A DNA stretch of 64,000 nucleotides, from assembly GCA_028534125.1 (NCBI GenBank), contig CM052818.1, positions 6,450,001-6,514,000 on the forward strand, in the 5' to 3' direction. Of this stretch, positions 62,762 to 64,000 are shown one piece after another. The DNA comes from Lama glama (taxonomy: Eukaryota). Under the pieces are notes generated by a model. That model did not search any database and was not told where the DNA came from. It saw only the letters and a list, made by a program, of their open reading frames with translations. The number at the start of each line of letters is the position of its first letter. The stretch's first letter is position 1. Made by a program: the position numbers and the translations under genes.

Positions 62762-63751
62762 CGGGAACCTCAAAACGTATCACTTGGCTTCTGCAAATGA
62801 CCCCACAGGGCACAGCAGTGAAGGTCTCCTCCACCCTTGCTTCTGTTTGCTTTGAACATGACCCTTTCTGTTGTAACCAGTAAGGCACTAACTCTGAGAG
62901 CGGTTCTCAATACATCCAGCCTAAAGGAGGAGGAGGAAATGATCCCTCTAGCTCCGTGGGGGAGGCATGGCAAGCGAGTTCTCTTCACCAAGTCTCTTTC
63001 ATGTTGTCAGTTCACTAGAATCCATCTTGTGGGAGGGCCACTGACTCACCATGTGAAAATGGGAAGGACAGTTTCATTAGAAGTGGGATGTTTCACACGC
63101 TTCTGACATGCACCATCAGGACACTAAGTGCAGTGACATGGTTTGGCTGATGTTGAAGTGTCCTTGACTCCACATAGCAATTTTAACCAAATAGAGCAAG
63201 GAGCCTCCCATTTGAGAATCCAGCTCCCTCTTCCAAAGCAGTTGTTGGGTGAGAATAAGGGAGGGGGCTGGAGAAGTGGGGGAGAATGGGGGTAGAGTTA
63301 AAATAAATCTGAGCGGCTAGAGCAGAATTCTCAAGAGAGGAGGGAAGGAAAACCTCATCTACACCTGTTTGATGCCTGGGTCTGATCATAGTGGCTTTCA
63401 GAGTGACGTAGGAAATATCCAGAAATGTACATGTCATGGTGGGGGAGGCTGAATTTTGTCTGCGGTGTGAGAACTAAGATAACAAATGGTGGGGGAGAAA
63501 AAGTGTAGGGTTGAGTTTTCTCCGCATGTGTCACAGATCAAAAATCACATTTCAATCTTAAAACTTTAACTGTTGTGATCATAACATTATCATTTTTCTA
63601 TATTAGAAAATGTGAAGACTAGAACAACAATAAAAATTATTTCTGAGTTTTTCGGAAGGGCATGAATCAAAAGAAAATCTTTTCTCCCTGCCTTCACCCC
63701 TGCAGTAGGGGCTGTGACACCTCCGGTGTGCTGAATATCCCTTAGCATCTT

Positions 63752-63841
63752 TTTTTTATGGGAATAGAAAGGAGTTTATTAGGTTATACTGTGAGAGACA
63801 GCAGCAGACCACACGGACAAGAGATGCATGTGTGAGCACTG
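63752..63841 (-). mobile_element. 90-nt polyadenylated retrocopy (probably the R region of an ERV LTR transcript) with perfect 15-bp TSD
   Basis: Reverse complement cagtgctcacacatgcatctcttgtccgtgtggtctgctgctgtctctcacagtataacctAATAAActcctttctattcccat-An; TSD atcccttagcatctt 63737-63751 / 63842-63856. Confidence 0.8.
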
Positions 63842-63881
63842 ATCCCTTAGCATCTTGGAGCCTGGTTAGAAGCGTGAGCTG

Positions 63882-64000
63882 TAAATATCTAAAAGCGAAA
63901 ACTTCCAATCACACAAAAACCTGTACACAAATGTTTATGTATCTTTATTCATAATCTTCCCCCAAATCGGGCACTACCCAAGTATCCTTCAACCAGTGAA
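63882..64000 (+). mobile_element. Old L1M ORF2-end fragment, runs off the window
   Basis: cacacaaaaacctgtacacaaatgtttatgtatctttattcataat...acccaagtatccttcaaccagtgaa. Confidence 0.75.

Noticed and set aside
1..64000. CRISPR arrays, operons, defence systems or other prokaryote-like/HGT systems
   Set aside because: No regularly spaced repeats and no gene-dense ORF clusters; all segments between gaps carry mammalian repeats

Overview
This is mammalian genomic DNA, not prokaryotic. It is most likely camelid (camel/llama/alpaca), judging by three Vic-1-like tRNA-derived SINE copies and a young L1 3' end. The window is rich in interspersed repeats: L1 of several ages, L2, MIR, MLT1/LTR16/MER21 LTRs, and MER2/MER5/MER20/MER53/MER58 DNA-transposon relics. 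It has three N runs of exactly 500 nt. I find no intact cellular CDS, true RNA gene or CRISPR array; the only ORFs with recognisable homology are broken L1 ORF2 pieces. The main non-repeat structure is a chain of canonical splice signals on the minus strand, defining candidate non-coding (5'-leader or lncRNA) exons at 25405-25050, 24372-24260, 13763-13718, ~8485/8429-8351 and 6444/6419-6193. The leader is rich in upstream ATGs, including a 71-codon ORF inside the first exon. The host gene was not recognised from sequence; ZBTB38 is only a testable guess from remembered exon spacing. Other notable small structures are a 90-nt polyadenylated retrocopy with a perfect 15-bp TSD, a locally templated insertion in an L2, a fold-back duplication and ultra-short L1 tails with TSDs. 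I see no evidence of a novel multi-gene system. Repeat names and boundaries are by-eye matches to remembered consensus sequences and need RepeatMasker/Dfam confirmation.
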